The notes beneath the pieces are model-generated. The model was not told the DNA's origin. It ran no database searches and worked only from the letters and a program-made list of their open reading frames with translations. DNA of 53,450 bases from Deltaproteobacteria bacterium. GTDB lineage: Bacteria; Desulfobacterota; BSN033; UBA1163. The stretch covers positions 2,111-55,560 of the forward strand of contig JBBIRT010000002.1 in the NCBI GenBank assembly GCA_037441725.1, written 5' to 3'. Shown here piece after piece: positions 30,293-40,995 of the stretch (the stretch's first letter is position 1; each line of letters begins with the position of its first letter). The translations under genes and the position numbers were made by a program.

Positions 30293-33200
30293 GAGAACAG
30301 ATATTAAAAGGATTCTGATTATCGGGTCGGGCCCCATCATCATCAGCCAAGCCTGCGAATTTGACTATTCCGGGACTCAGGCCTGCAAGGCTTTAAAAGA
30401 GGAAGGCTATGAGGTGATTCTGGTCAACTCCAATCCTGCCACCATCATGACCGATCCAGAAATGTCTGACCGTACCTACATCGAACCCATCACCCCAGAA
30501 ATCTTAGAAAAGATCATTGAACGAGAAAGACCCGATGCCCTTTTGCCTACCCTCGGGGGACAAACCGGCCTCAATGTATCCGTTTCCCTTTATGAATCTG
30601 GAGTGCTCCAGAAATATGGGGTTCAAATGATCGGGGCCAAATATGAAGCCATTAAGAAAGGGGAAGATCGAAATCTCTTTAAAGAATCGATGAAGAAAAT
30701 CGGCCTTGATCTTCCCAGGAGCGGACTGGCTTACTCTTTGAGTGAGGCCCTAACTGTGGCCAAAGAGATAGGTTTCCCCCTTATCATCCGACCCAGCTTT
30801 ACCTTAGGAGGAACTGGAGGTGGGGTGGCCTATAATATCAAAGAGTTCGAAGAGATGGCTGCTCGGGGTCTTGAATGGAGCATGATTGGAGAGATTCTGA
30901 TTGAAGAATCTGTCCTGGGTTGGAAGGAATTTGAGCTCGAAGTGATGAGGGATCTCAAGGATAATGTGGTCATCATCTGCTCCATCGAAAACCTTGATCC
31001 CATGGGTGTCCATACAGGGGATAGTATTACCGTTGCCCCTGCACAAACTCTTACTGATAAAGAGTACCAGAGGATGAGGGATGGGGCCATTCGGGCTATT
31101 CGTGAAATTGGAGTAGAGACAGGAGGATCAAATATCCAGTTTGCCATCCGTCCAGAGGACGGCAGGATGGTAATCATTGAGATGAATCCAAGGGTTTCAC
31201 GATCCTCGGCCCTTGCCTCTAAGGCAACTGGGTTTCCAATCGCTAAGATCGCTGCGAAATTGGCAGTGGGATATACCTTGGATGAGATCCCCAATGACAT
31301 TACGAAAAAGACCCCTGCCAGTTTTGAACCTACGATCGACTACTGTGTGGTGAAGATTCCAAGATTCACATTTGAAAAATTTCCTGGAGCGGATCCTACC
31401 TTAACCGTTTCGATGAAGTCAGTGGGTGAAACCATGGCCATTGGACGAACCTTTAAAGAAGCCCTTCAAAAGGGCCTCCGTTCCCTTGAAATCGGTCGAT
31501 ACGGTTTGGGAGCAGACGGAAAAGATAAATTCCTCTTTCCAAATGGGGTACCGAATGAAACCCAGCGTTCAAACCTGATTGAAGAAGTAAAAAGGAAGCT
31601 TATCACCCCAAATGCAGAAAGAATCTTTTATCTTCGATACGCCATGCATTTGGGAATGAGAGTAGAGGAAATCCATGAATTGACCAAAATCGACCCCTGG
31701 TTTCTCACCAATATCCAAGAGATCATAGATCTTGAAAAAGAGATCTATTCTTATGGAACAAAAGTTAGGGACCTTGAACTCTGGAAAAAGACTGTGACTC
31801 CAGATCATCTGCCAGAACCTCTCTTGCGAAAAGCAAAGGAATATGGCTTTTCTGATTATCAATTGGGTTATCTCCTTGGCTCGGACGAGAATACCATCCG
31901 AAATTGGAGGAAGGAGAAAGGGATCAACCCTACTTATAAACTGGTAGATACCTGTGGAGCAGAATTTGAGGCCTACACCCCCTATTATTACTCCACCTAT
32001 GAAAAAGAAGATGAGTCCAAGGTCTCGTCAAGAAAGAAAATTATGATCTTAGGGGGAGGGCCCAATCGAATTGGCCAGGGGATTGAATTCGATTATTGTT
32101 GCGTTCATGCCTCCTTTGCCCTGAAGGAATTGGGGTACGAAACCATCATGGTCAACTCAAATCCAGAGACGGTTTCCACAGACTACGACACCTCAGATAA
32201 ACTCTATTTTGAACCCTTAACCCTCGAAGACGTTCTCCATATTGTCGATACTGAGAAACCAGATGGCGTGATTGTCCAATTCGGGGGGCAAACACCTCTT
32301 AATTTAGCTGTTCCCTTGGAGAGATCAGGGGTAAAAATTATTGGGACGACCCCTGACAATATCGATCGGGCTGAAGATCGGAAACGGTTCAAGGCCCTTC
32401 TTAAAAAATTGGGTCTGGTTCAGCCCTCCAATGGTACAGCCCTCTCTGTAGAAGAAGGCATAAGGGTTGCTGAAGAGATCGGGTATCCAGTGGTCGTGAG
32501 GCCTTCCTATGTGTTGGGAGGGAGGGTCATGGAAATTGTCTATGATGAAAAGGCTCTCGAAGATTTTGCCAGGCGCGCCGTAGAGGCATCCTCCGAACAT
32601 CCGATCTTGATTGATAAATTTCTTGAGGATGCAATTGAAATTGATGTGGATGCAGTGGCAGATGGAGAAACCTGTATTATTGCAGGGATCATGGAGCATA
32701 TTGAAGAGGCTGGAATCCATTCTGGAGATAGTGCCTGTGTGACCCCACCCTACTCGTTGAGTGACGAGTTGATTGAAGGACTGAAGAAAAATACTTATGC
32801 CTTGGCCAAGGAACTCCATGTCGTTGGCTTGATGAACATCCAATATGCAATTAAAAATGACATTATTTATGTCTTGGAGGTCAATCCCAGGGCCTCCAGA
32901 ACGATCCCTTTTATCAGTAAAGCCACTGGAATCCCATGGGCAAAGGTGGCTGCCAAGGTGATGGTAGGCAAAAAGCTTTTTGAATTGGGAATCAAAGAAG
33001 AGGTCGAAATTCAACATATGGCCGTAAAGGAATCTGTATTTCCTTTTAATCGTTTTTATGGGGTGGACACCGTATTGGGTCCAGAGATGAAATCGACTGG
33101 AGAGGTGATGGGGATTGACAAGGATTTTGGAATGGCCTTTGCCAAATCTCAGATCGGTGCTGGACTCAACATCCCCCTAAAGGGAAGAGTCTTCATTAGC

Positions 33201-33632
33201 GTGATGAATAAGGATAAACGATCGATTGTCTTTGTGGCCAAAAAGATGGTGGATCTTGGCTTTGAAATCGTTGCAACTAAGGGGACAGCTAAGGTATTAA
33301 TGAATAATGGCATCCCTGTTCAAACGGTATTCAAGGTAGGAGAAGGGAGACCCGATATTGTTGATCAGATTAAAAATGGGGAAATTCACCTGGTCATCAA
33401 CACCCCGAGCGGAAAGAAACCTAAAGCTGATGAGGTAGCCATCCGAAGTCAATCGGTAGCCCATAATATCCCTTGTGTGACTACCCTCTCTGGAGCTGAG
33501 GCAGTAGTCAACGCCATTGAATCCCTTAAAAGAGGAATGTCTGTGAAGTCGATTCAAGAATATCACGAAAAAACATTTTCCCTCCTATCTTCCAAGCCCA
33601 ATTCCTCCCCGGCCTTCGCTTTCTTGAGATGA
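30285..33632 (+). CDS. carB: Carbamoyl-phosphate synthase large subunit
   Basis: 1115 aa with duplicated ATP-grasp halves and an MGS-like C-terminal domain. 8-nt overlap with carA. Short non-conserved C-terminal tail. Confidence 0.97.
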   Translation: MPKRTDIKRILIIGSGPIIISQACEFDYSGTQACKALKEEGYEVILVNSNPATIMTDPEMSDRTYIEPITPEILEKIIERERPDALLPTLGGQTGLNVSVSLYESGVLQKYGVQMIGAKYEAIKKGEDRNLFKESMKKIGLDLPRSGLAYSLSEALTVAKEIGFPLIIRPSFTLGGTGGGVAYNIKEFEEMAARGLEWSMIGEILIEESVLGWKEFELEVMRDLKDNVVIICSIENLDPMGVHTGDSITVAPAQTLTDKEYQRMRDGAIRAIREIGVETGGSNIQFAIRPEDGRMVIIEMNPRVSRSSALASKATGFPIAKIAAKLAVGYTLDEIPNDITKKTPASFEPTIDYCVVKIPRFTFEKFPGADPTLTVSMKSVGETMAIGRTFKEALQKGLRSLEIGRYGLGADGKDKFLFPNGVPNETQRSNLIEEVKRKLITPNAERIFYLRYAMHLGMRVEEIHELTKIDPWFLTNIQEIIDLEKEIYSYGTKVRDLELWKKTVTPDHLPEPLLRKAKEYGFSDYQLGYLLGSDENTIRNWRKEKGINPTYKLVDTCGAEFEAYTPYYYSTYEKEDESKVSSRKKIMILGGGPNRIGQGIEFDYCCVHASFALKELGYETIMVNSNPETVSTDYDTSDKLYFEPLTLEDVLHIVDTEKPDGVIVQFGGQTPLNLAVPLERSGVKIIGTTPDNIDRAEDRKRFKALLKKLGLVQPSNGTALSVEEGIRVAEEIGYPVVVRPSYVLGGRVMEIVYDEKALEDFARRAVEASSEHPILIDKFLEDAIEIDVDAVADGETCIIAGIMEHIEEAGIHSGDSACVTPPYSLSDELIEGLKKNTYALAKELHVVGLMNIQYAIKNDIIYVLEVNPRASRTIPFISKATGIPWAKVAAKVMVGKKLFELGIKEEVEIQHMAVKESVFPFNRFYGVDTVLGPEMKSTGEVMGIDKDFGMAFAKSQIGAGLNIPLKGRVFISVMNKDKRSIVFVAKKMVDLGFEIVATKGTAKVLMNNGIPVQTVFKVGEGRPDIVDQIKNGEIHLVINTPSGKKPKADEVAIRSQSVAHNIPCVTTLSGAEAVVNAIESLKRGMSVKSIQEYHEKTFSLLSSKPNSSPAFAFLR

Positions 33633-33718
33633 ATGAAAGAGGATCATTCTTTTTCGATATCCCTCCCTGATCCTTCGGGATAAAGGTGGAGGTCGGTTAT
33701 TGAAAAATAGGCCGTGGC

Positions 33719-34720
33719 ATGGCATATATCTGCAAAATGAATGGTATAAAGAAAAAAGTATTCATTCTGGCTTTATGGATAGGGATAGGACTCCCAATTT
33801 TTGTAAACGCCCAAGAAGTTTTAATCTTTGAATCCCTTCCCATCCGGATGGAATCTGGCGGAGGATGGGTGGCTTTGGAGAGGAATTTCTTTGGAAATGT
33901 GAATATGAATGTGGTTCAGGCCGAGCCAAGGACTTCTCCAATTCAAAGAGTGTTAGAGGCCATCAAGGTTGGAAAAATTGCCTTTGGAGTGGATGCCCCA
34001 GAAAACATCATTCAGGCAAGAGAAAAAGAAGGAATCGATCTGGTTGCAGTCAGCGTTGATTTTCAGACCAGTGGCATGAGGATCGTAAGCTGGGTGCCCA
34101 TCAAGTCAGCCAAGGAGATCAAGGGAAATTTTAGCATATGGATGGGTTATGAGGCCAGGGTAAAATGTGCGGTAGGTAAGGGTTGGGAGAAGCAATTGAC
34201 TTTTCAAAACCAAAGGGATGACCTCCAATCCTGGTTCAATGGATCCCTCCCCTTTGCCTCTGCGATGACCTACCGTGAATTGATATGGATCCAACGGGAA
34301 TTAAAAAAAATGGGTAAAAGGTTTTATACCATCGACTATCAAGATATTGGGATCGATTGGATGGACAATGCCCTGTTTACCACTGAAGAGATAATAAGAA
34401 AATATCCTGAGATCGTTCAGGCTGTGGTGACTGGAAGATACAAGGGGTTTCAATGGTCCCTTGAAAATCCCAGAGAAGCTTTTGAAATTTTAAAAAAGAT
34501 TGATAACCATCTCGAATGGACACAAGAGATGGATGCCGTTAGTCCAATGAGGGCTTTGATGGTCACTCCCGAAACAAGGAAACACGGACTTGGTTATCCC
34601 CTTCCGAAGAAATGGGAAAAAATCGTAAGGGATATGTTCCGGGCAGAGCTTATTAAAAAGATGCCTGAGGCAAAAAAATTTTATACTGAGAAATTTCCAA
34701 GTGGAGTCATTGCCCGATAA
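33719..34720 (+). CDS. Periplasmic solute-binding protein, NMT1/THI5-like (NitT/TauT-type) fold - tentative
   Basis: Signal peptide (MNGIKKKVFILALWIGIGLPIFVNAQE, so ATG 33737 may be the real start). General SBP-like pattern. Family assignment is from memory only. Confidence 0.55.
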   Translation: MAYICKMNGIKKKVFILALWIGIGLPIFVNAQEVLIFESLPIRMESGGGWVALERNFFGNVNMNVVQAEPRTSPIQRVLEAIKVGKIAFGVDAPENIIQAREKEGIDLVAVSVDFQTSGMRIVSWVPIKSAKEIKGNFSIWMGYEARVKCAVGKGWEKQLTFQNQRDDLQSWFNGSLPFASAMTYRELIWIQRELKKMGKRFYTIDYQDIGIDWMDNALFTTEEIIRKYPEIVQAVVTGRYKGFQWSLENPREAFEILKKIDNHLEWTQEMDAVSPMRALMVTPETRKHGLGYPLPKKWEKIVRDMFRAELIKKMPEAKKFYTEKFPSGVIAR

Positions 34721-34730
34721 GGGATAAATG

Positions 34731-34793
34731 GAATAATGGATCGTTGAAATACTGGATTAGAATTCTTTGTCCCAATATTCCATTATTCTTTTT
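34731..34793 (+). terminator. Candidate terminator (GAATAATGG ... CCATTATTC + TTTTTT) with a large loop
   Basis: 9-bp complementary arms 34731-39 / 34779-87 followed by a T6 run. The loop is ~39 nt, so this is weak. Confidence 0.3.
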
Positions 34794-34816
34794 TACTCAA
34801 AGATAGGAGACGTTAA

Positions 34817-35788
34817 ATGCCTGACCGAATCTTTCTTGAAGATGTTGGAACCCTACATAGTGTGAATGCCATCGGAAGTGCAAAGGCATGGGAAGTCCGC
34901 AATCTCCATCATGACCCTACCCTCCCCCCCTTGATTTATGTCATCGAATCCGAAATGGGTCAAAAATTCCTTCTCGGAAGAGAGATCTGTGGCAGGCCAA
35001 AATTTAATATGCTCCGTTACCTTGCCAAATCCTTTATTGAGCTTTTCCTTGAGAAGCTCAATGGGAAAGATTTATCCCAATACCTCATTCTGAGAGGAGC
35101 CTACCCATTCGATCTCCAATATGCCTTTGGATGTGTTCCTCCCTATGACCGCCTCCTTCTCCCTACAGGTTTTATAAAATTACAGAGGGTTCTCAATTCT
35201 GAAGGCACAGACTGGGAAATTCACTCACAAAATCTAATTGGACAGTATCGAGGAGAGGTTTGGTTAATCCCTGACCCTGTCATCGCCTCAGGTTCAACGA
35301 TCTCCTTCTTTCTTCGGAATGGGTTTGCTCATCACCCTCCCAAACAGGTTTATGTGATTACAGCCTGTGGGAGTTTAGAGGGGGTTCGGCGAATCTACCA
35401 GGAATGTTTAAAAAGGCCTATAGAACTTATCCCGGTCTTTTCCCAATGTATCTTTGAGGTTTCAAAAGTGGGAAACCTCCCTGGTCATCCCCTGACGGAT
35501 CTATCCGTTCTGAGCGAAGGCTCTATTACAACTAAGACCTTTTACGAGAAAGCCTTTCAACGTTACCAGGGAAAACGAATGTGTAGTGTCGGGGATGTGG
35601 GTGAGAGCTTGGAAGACCCTGTTCAATATTCCATCCATACCCTCTGGGAGATGCAGGTCTTAGGGATGGATCCCCAAAAAGAGGATTGGAAAGCCTGGAC
35701 CGTGGATGTCCGAGCAAAAAGTTTCCACAAAAAGGTTTCTGATTTTAATCCCCATCTGGCCAGCTATTTTCAGAAGATCTGGGAGTGA
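34817..35788 (+). CDS. Divergent uracil-phosphoribosyltransferase-family (PRTase) protein
   Basis: 323 aa. LILRGAYPF (cf. ILRAG), PRPP loop VWLIPDPVIASGSTISFF (cf. LLDPMLATGGS), SVGDVGESL (cf. PGLGDAGDR). Longer than a canonical Upp. Confidence 0.55.
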   Translation: MPDRIFLEDVGTLHSVNAIGSAKAWEVRNLHHDPTLPPLIYVIESEMGQKFLLGREICGRPKFNMLRYLAKSFIELFLEKLNGKDLSQYLILRGAYPFDLQYAFGCVPPYDRLLLPTGFIKLQRVLNSEGTDWEIHSQNLIGQYRGEVWLIPDPVIASGSTISFFLRNGFAHHPPKQVYVITACGSLEGVRRIYQECLKRPIELIPVFSQCIFEVSKVGNLPGHPLTDLSVLSEGSITTKTFYEKAFQRYQGKRMCSVGDVGESLEDPVQYSIHTLWEMQVLGMDPQKEDWKAWTVDVRAKSFHKKVSDFNPHLASYFQKIWE

Positions 35789-36042
35789 ACACGCTGGTGT
35801 TTCATTTTGAAATAAAGATCTCTGCATGGTTAACCATCCCTCTTTATATAAAATGCTCTCAAGCGAATTCTTAAGGGATCTAACCAGTGTATGGGAGGGA
35901 TGGGCTGGAGCATTAAAAAATCTTAATCTATTTTTAATTTAGAATTAATCTTTTTAACTTATAATTTTTAGCGTTCAAAAGAAGGAAATAATTTTTTATC
36001 ATTGAACGGAAGGGGGGTGAGAATGAATTAGGAGGTCATACC

Positions 36043-37272
36043 ATGTTAAGAGTAGACTCTTCTAAAAGAAGAGAACTTAAAAAGAGAACACCATGTCTTT
36101 TTATGATGGGTATGTCCGTTTTGTCCATACTCATTTCTTCATCAAATACCTTCCCCTCAAATCCCAAACCTCCAATTAAGATCGGAGTCCTTTATCCCCT
36201 GGTAGGTGTGCATGCCTATTTAGGCAAAGCCCAAGTGGAGGGAGTAAAGCTCTATTTTGAGAAGAGAAATTATAGGATAGCTGATCGTAACATCCACTTG
36301 GTCATAGAAGATACTGAAGGCAACCCAATGACAGGCCTGATGAAAACCAAAAAATTAATAGAAAAAGAGAAAGTCCATCTCCTTTTAGGGATTGTGGTCA
36401 GTTCTGTTGCATATGCAGTTCGAGATATCGTTCATATGAGTAAGACACCTTTGCTGATCACTATGGCAAATGCTGCAGGGATGACCAGAGAGAAGAGAAG
36501 TCCTTACATCTTTCGTTCTTATCAAGCAGATGGCATGGCCATGTACTATGCTAGTCAATATATGTATGAAAAAATGGGAAGTAGAAAAGCCGTCTTTTCA
36601 GGCCCTGATTATGCCTATGGACACGAAAATGCCGAGGCCTTTCGAAAAGGTTTTCAGAAATCTGGAGGGGAGGTACTGAAAGAGGTATTTACACCCTTAG
36701 GCACGATAGACTTTGGTCCATACCTCCCTTTGATCTCCCAATTTGAAGGAAAGGCTGATACCTTAGCCTTTGTGTATGGAGGAAGTGATGCAATAAAATT
36801 TGTGAAAGGGCTCGATGAATATAGAGTAAAGGATAAGTTCCAAAGATTGATCAACTTTGGAGCCACAGGTCCGGGAACCCAGCTCAGGGAGGAAGGGAAA
36901 TCGGCCCTTGGTATATATGCTATAGATATGGTCTATCAGAACCTCAATCCCTCTTTAGCCAAAGAATTTCAAGACCGATATGGGTATTATGACTTTAATC
37001 ACCATTGGGGCTATTTAGGTGCCGAGATTATTGCAAGAGCCTTAGACCGGGTAAATGGCAATGTTGAACAGAAGGATAAATTCCTTGAGGGGTTGAGAAG
37101 CCTTCGCTTTGAATCTATCAATGGGCCTTTTGAATTTGATCCAAGAGGTCAAAATGCAATAGTCAACTTCTATATTCTACGTAATGAAAGGGTTGGGGAG
37201 GAAATTGATCAAGTGCTGATTGATGTATTGCCTAAAAAATCAGATCCATGGTGGGATGAACAATCAAACTAA
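36043..37272 (+). CDS. Periplasmic binding protein, LivJ/branched-chain-amino-acid-type (Peripla_BP_6-like)
   Basis: N-terminal hydrophobic anchor/signal, then IKIGVLYPLVGVHAYLGKAQVEGVKLYFEK, typical of the family. Strong RBS AGGAGG. Confidence 0.8.
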   Translation: MLRVDSSKRRELKKRTPCLFMMGMSVLSILISSSNTFPSNPKPPIKIGVLYPLVGVHAYLGKAQVEGVKLYFEKRNYRIADRNIHLVIEDTEGNPMTGLMKTKKLIEKEKVHLLLGIVVSSVAYAVRDIVHMSKTPLLITMANAAGMTREKRSPYIFRSYQADGMAMYYASQYMYEKMGSRKAVFSGPDYAYGHENAEAFRKGFQKSGGEVLKEVFTPLGTIDFGPYLPLISQFEGKADTLAFVYGGSDAIKFVKGLDEYRVKDKFQRLINFGATGPGTQLREEGKSALGIYAIDMVYQNLNPSLAKEFQDRYGYYDFNHHWGYLGAEIIARALDRVNGNVEQKDKFLEGLRSLRFESINGPFEFDPRGQNAIVNFYILRNERVGEEIDQVLIDVLPKKSDPWWDEQSN

Positions 37273-37440
37273 GATTACCTCTATTAGAGTTGGATAGATA
37301 GTAATATGGGCCCGCTCCCTAAATCAAAAAATGGTGGAGCAGCAACCGTGAGTTAAGGACTTGAGGGAGATATTCTTTATGACCATCCTATTTCCATTTC
37401 ATCATTACGGAATTGGTAGCTGTAAAAGCTGGGAAAGACC

Positions 37441-38973
37441 ATGAGGGATAGGATAGAAAAAGGGAAATCTATCTTAATTACAGGGGCAACTGGCTTGGTA
37501 GGAAGCTACCTCACCCTCATAGCGCTGCGAGCCCATTTTCCAGTATGTCTTCTAATCCATAAGAAGGAAGGCCTCCCTGCTTTGAACCGTCTCCAAAAAA
37601 TTCTTAACTTTATTGGCGCCTCCTTAGAGGAATGGAATGAATGGAATAAACACCTGTTTATTTATGAGGGAGATATTACTTTACCCTTGTTCGGTCTTTC
37701 TACAAAAGAATGGAACGAATTGGCAAAGGGGGTTTCAAGAATCTATCATGCCGCTGCTTATATTAACTTTAAAGAAGAACAAAGGTTGAAATCTTTTAGG
37801 GTCAATGTTGAGGGAACCCGACAGGTACTTGCCCTCTTAGAATCATCCGGAGCCCACCTGTTCCATATCAGCACGGCCTATGTGGCTGGTAAAACGGATC
37901 GATGTATGTTTGAACAAGAAATTGAAGAACCCCAATTATGGAGAAATCCCTATGAAGAGACGAAATATCTCTCTGAAAAAGAGGTCGTTTGGGGGTGTAG
38001 AAAAAAAGGGTTGGATTACACCATCTTCCGTCCTTCCATTTTGATCGGTGATACGACCACAGGATGTATCCTTCAATTCAACACGATCTATTCTTTTATG
38101 AAACTCTTTTATCATCAAACCATGAAAAGAGAAGGCCCATCCCCCTTGATTTTAAAGGCCAAACCAGAGGCCACTTTAAATCTGATACCAGTGGATTATG
38201 CAATCAAATCGATGTGGAGAATTTCCTGCAATCCTATATGCAAAGGGAAAATCTTTCATATTACCAATCCCTCCCCTCTGAGATTTAAAGATTTAATTTG
38301 GATTGGAGAAAAAATCTTCGGCAAATCCATCAAGCTCTCTGAAGACCCTTCTTCTTTAATTAAGATAAGGGAAGGGGAGAATGAAAAAGAAACCTCACTT
38401 TACACTCCGTATATGTTTGGAGAACCAACATTTGATTTAAAAAATACTCAAACCCTCCTCCCCGATTACAACTCGGACTTCCCATCTTTAGACGAGGCTT
38501 ATTTTCGAAAAATCATCACTTTTGCAGTAGAACGGAATTGGAAACCCTTTTCTTTGTCTGAAATCCAATCGCTGAGTTTAGAAAAACCAATCGGGGTTCC
38601 AGAAAAATATTTCAAGGAATTTTTATTTAAGAAACTTCATCAACCCCTGCTAAAGAACCTGAAAAACCTAAACGTAATCTTTTCCATTCAAATCAAAGAC
38701 GGCATCCATTCCAAATGGACCCTAGAGATCAAAGATGGAATGCTTGTTTCTATTTCTCAGAATGAAAAAAGAATAGATTGTTATTATACAATGGATGCTA
38801 TCACTTTTGAAAAAGTGGTTAGAGGTCTTTACCCACCTGAAGAAGCCTTCTTTGATGGGCATATAGATATCCAAGGAAACATGGAAAAAGCCCTTTCAAT
38901 GGGTGCAGTCCTTTCTGAATTCTGTAAAACTTATCCTTATCAGGAGAAGATCGTATCGAAGGATATAAAATGA
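37441..38973 (+). CDS. Thioester-reductase-type SDR (NAD_binding_4/'male sterility' domain) fused to a C-terminal SCP2 lipid-binding domain
   Basis: ILITGATGLVGSYL, YHAAAYINF, NVEGTRQVL, STAYVAG, YEETKYLSEKE, FRPSILIGD. C-terminus has an SCP2-like pattern (FFDGHIDIQGNMEKALSMGAVL). Confidence 0.8.
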   Translation: MRDRIEKGKSILITGATGLVGSYLTLIALRAHFPVCLLIHKKEGLPALNRLQKILNFIGASLEEWNEWNKHLFIYEGDITLPLFGLSTKEWNELAKGVSRIYHAAAYINFKEEQRLKSFRVNVEGTRQVLALLESSGAHLFHISTAYVAGKTDRCMFEQEIEEPQLWRNPYEETKYLSEKEVVWGCRKKGLDYTIFRPSILIGDTTTGCILQFNTIYSFMKLFYHQTMKREGPSPLILKAKPEATLNLIPVDYAIKSMWRISCNPICKGKIFHITNPSPLRFKDLIWIGEKIFGKSIKLSEDPSSLIKIREGENEKETSLYTPYMFGEPTFDLKNTQTLLPDYNSDFPSLDEAYFRKIITFAVERNWKPFSLSEIQSLSLEKPIGVPEKYFKEFLFKKLHQPLLKNLKNLNVIFSIQIKDGIHSKWTLEIKDGMLVSISQNEKRIDCYYTMDAITFEKVVRGLYPPEEAFFDGHIDIQGNMEKALSMGAVLSEFCKTYPYQEKIVSKDIK

Positions 38974-39107
38974 ACCATTTCTCTCAGAAACCCTCATCCC
39001 TTCTTAAGGGAAAACCAATGCCACGAACTCCAGGATGATAAATATTTTTCTCTTTTTTCAGTGACATTTGAACCTGTCTATGATTCTAATTTTGGAAAGG
39101 TGTTGTT

Positions 39108-40190
39108 ATGGATAAGAAGGCCTATGAAAAGCGACTAAAATCTATTCTAAGGATTCACTTTGACCCTAATGGGGGCACTCCTTATTGGCTTGAAAAAGCT
39201 AAAGAACTGGGAATCTCCCCTACTGAAGACATCCATGCTCTGGAAGATCTCATCCTCTTCGGACCGATGGATGAAACGGCGATGAAAAACCGCCCAATCG
39301 AAGATTTCGTCCCCCGTTCCTATTGGGCAAAAAAATCGAAATGGGTGATCGCTGAAACCGGTGGTACGATGGGGCATCCCATTATGACGGTCTACGATGA
39401 AGAAGAATTCCGTCAGGCTTTTATTGATCCCTTTGTGACCGTCGCCCGATACCGTAATTTCCCTAAGAAAATGAATTGGCTCTGGATTGGTCCTAACGGC
39501 CCACATATTATCGGAACTGCCGCCATAGCCTGTGCCAGGGCACTCAATTCTCCCAACCCATTTACCGTTGATTTTGATCCTCGTTGGGATAAGAAATTGT
39601 CTCCTGCTTCAATCGGCTTCAGACGTTATTTCAACCACATCTTGGAACAATCCTTACGGATCATAGAGACTCAGAAGGTAGGGATTATCTTCAGCACCCC
39701 CAAGGTCCTATTTGAATTAAAGAAACGGATGTCCGCTAAGGACCGTGAGGCAATCTTAGGTATCCATTTTGGGGGGACGGAACTGAATCGAGAGTTGTTT
39801 CAATCCATTGCGGAAGACTTTCCTAACGCAATTTTCATCTCAGGATATGGAAACACCCTTTTTGGAATGTGCCCAGAGTTTAAGGGAGATCCCCATTCTC
39901 CTCTTGATTACTTCCCTCTTGGTCCTCGTCTGATCTTTTTCGCAGTACCTCTCGATCCTGACATGACTCAAGAGGAAAAACTTAAGAATCCCTGTGCCCC
40001 AGGAGAATGTGGTCAAATCGTGTTCTCGAGACTCGATCAAAGTTTTCTCATCCTCAACTTTTTCGAAAGAGATCAAGGAGAATTAATTTCCCCTCCTGAT
40101 TCTTTTAGAGAATGGGGTATGGGGATCCGAAACCCGCACCCCCTCAGTCCAAGGAGAGGAGGCATCAATGTCAACGAAGCACTTTATTAA
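39108..40190 (+). CDS. Adenylate-forming enzyme-like protein (PaaK / F390-synthetase / LuxE-like)
   Basis: 360 aa. AETGGTMGHPI resembles the (S/T)SGTTGxP adenylation motif, and ISGYGNTLFGM resembles GYGxTE. Assignment is tentative. Confidence 0.45.
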   Translation: MDKKAYEKRLKSILRIHFDPNGGTPYWLEKAKELGISPTEDIHALEDLILFGPMDETAMKNRPIEDFVPRSYWAKKSKWVIAETGGTMGHPIMTVYDEEEFRQAFIDPFVTVARYRNFPKKMNWLWIGPNGPHIIGTAAIACARALNSPNPFTVDFDPRWDKKLSPASIGFRRYFNHILEQSLRIIETQKVGIIFSTPKVLFELKKRMSAKDREAILGIHFGGTELNRELFQSIAEDFPNAIFISGYGNTLFGMCPEFKGDPHSPLDYFPLGPRLIFFAVPLDPDMTQEEKLKNPCAPGECGQIVFSRLDQSFLILNFFERDQGELISPPDSFREWGMGIRNPHPLSPRRGGINVNEALY

Positions 40191-40887
40191 AGTAATTAAT
40201 AAACGTCTCACCTTAGAACAGGTGTGGATTCCCTTCCGTCGGGGCTCCCTCGAAGGGTGGTTATCTTATGATGAAGGATGGACTCTTTGTGATGGAGTGA
40301 TCCTCCTCCCTCCTCATCCCCACTTCGCAGGATCGATGGACAACAATGTGATTAAATCTTTGGCGATCTTTCTAAGTGAAGCAGGATTTTTAACCCTCCG
40401 TTTTAATTATCCAGGAGTTGGAGCAAGCAGCATTGATCTCCCCAAAGGGATCTCATCCCTGGAATATTGGAATACAGTGGAAGAGAAACAGCTTTTTGAA
40501 GAGGCGATTCAGCCTACCTTGGTTGTACTCACCCATCTAAATCAATCTCTTGAATCCAAACTCAAGTCGATCCATCTCCTTGGCTATTCTTTTGGTGCGA
40601 TGGTTGCCCTGAGGGTGGCCGAGAGAGTCAGTTCTATTAGTTCGGTTACAGCCATCTCCTTGCCTTGGATTTCTCGATATCAATATGACTTTTTAAAAAA
40701 CGTTTTTTGTCCAAAACTCTTCATCAATGGGAAAAGGGATTTTACATTTGTTCCAACTGTCTACAATGAGGCTTGGCAATGGGTAACTGAGCCCAAAAAA
40801 ATGAAATCCCTTGATAGCGACCATTTTTTCAGAAAACAGGAAGAGGAGCTTGGAAAGGAGGTTCTATCTTTTCTCCTCAACCTTTAA
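40168..40887 (+). CDS. Alpha/beta-fold hydrolase
   Basis: Nucleophile elbow GYSFGAMVA (GxSxG) and distal DSDHFF His. RBS GGAGAGGAGG. 23-nt overlap with the upstream gene. Confidence 0.7.
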   Translation: MSTKHFIKVINKRLTLEQVWIPFRRGSLEGWLSYDEGWTLCDGVILLPPHPHFAGSMDNNVIKSLAIFLSEAGFLTLRFNYPGVGASSIDLPKGISSLEYWNTVEEKQLFEEAIQPTLVVLTHLNQSLESKLKSIHLLGYSFGAMVALRVAERVSSISSVTAISLPWISRYQYDFLKNVFCPKLFINGKRDFTFVPTVYNEAWQWVTEPKKMKSLDSDHFFRKQEEELGKEVLSFLLNL

Positions 40888-40995
40888 AGGATATGATGAA
40901 GAACAATCCAAAATAAAGGTCATGGATCATCTCCGATCCCTATAACCTTTAGCACCATAATATTTTCTTCTATAAAAGAAATTCGGAGACCCGAT

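Noticed and set aside
32325-33017. 230-aa ORF on the minus strand (also 30830-31300, 156 aa)
   Set aside because: It lies entirely antisense within carB, whose protein is unmistakable. There is no RBS and the composition is low-complexity, typical of shadow ORFs.
33715-33734. TGGCATGGCATATATCTGCA resembling a -24/-12 promoter
   Set aside because: The GG-to-GC spacing is one nt short of the strict sigma-54 register, and it overlaps the start codon region of the downstream gene.
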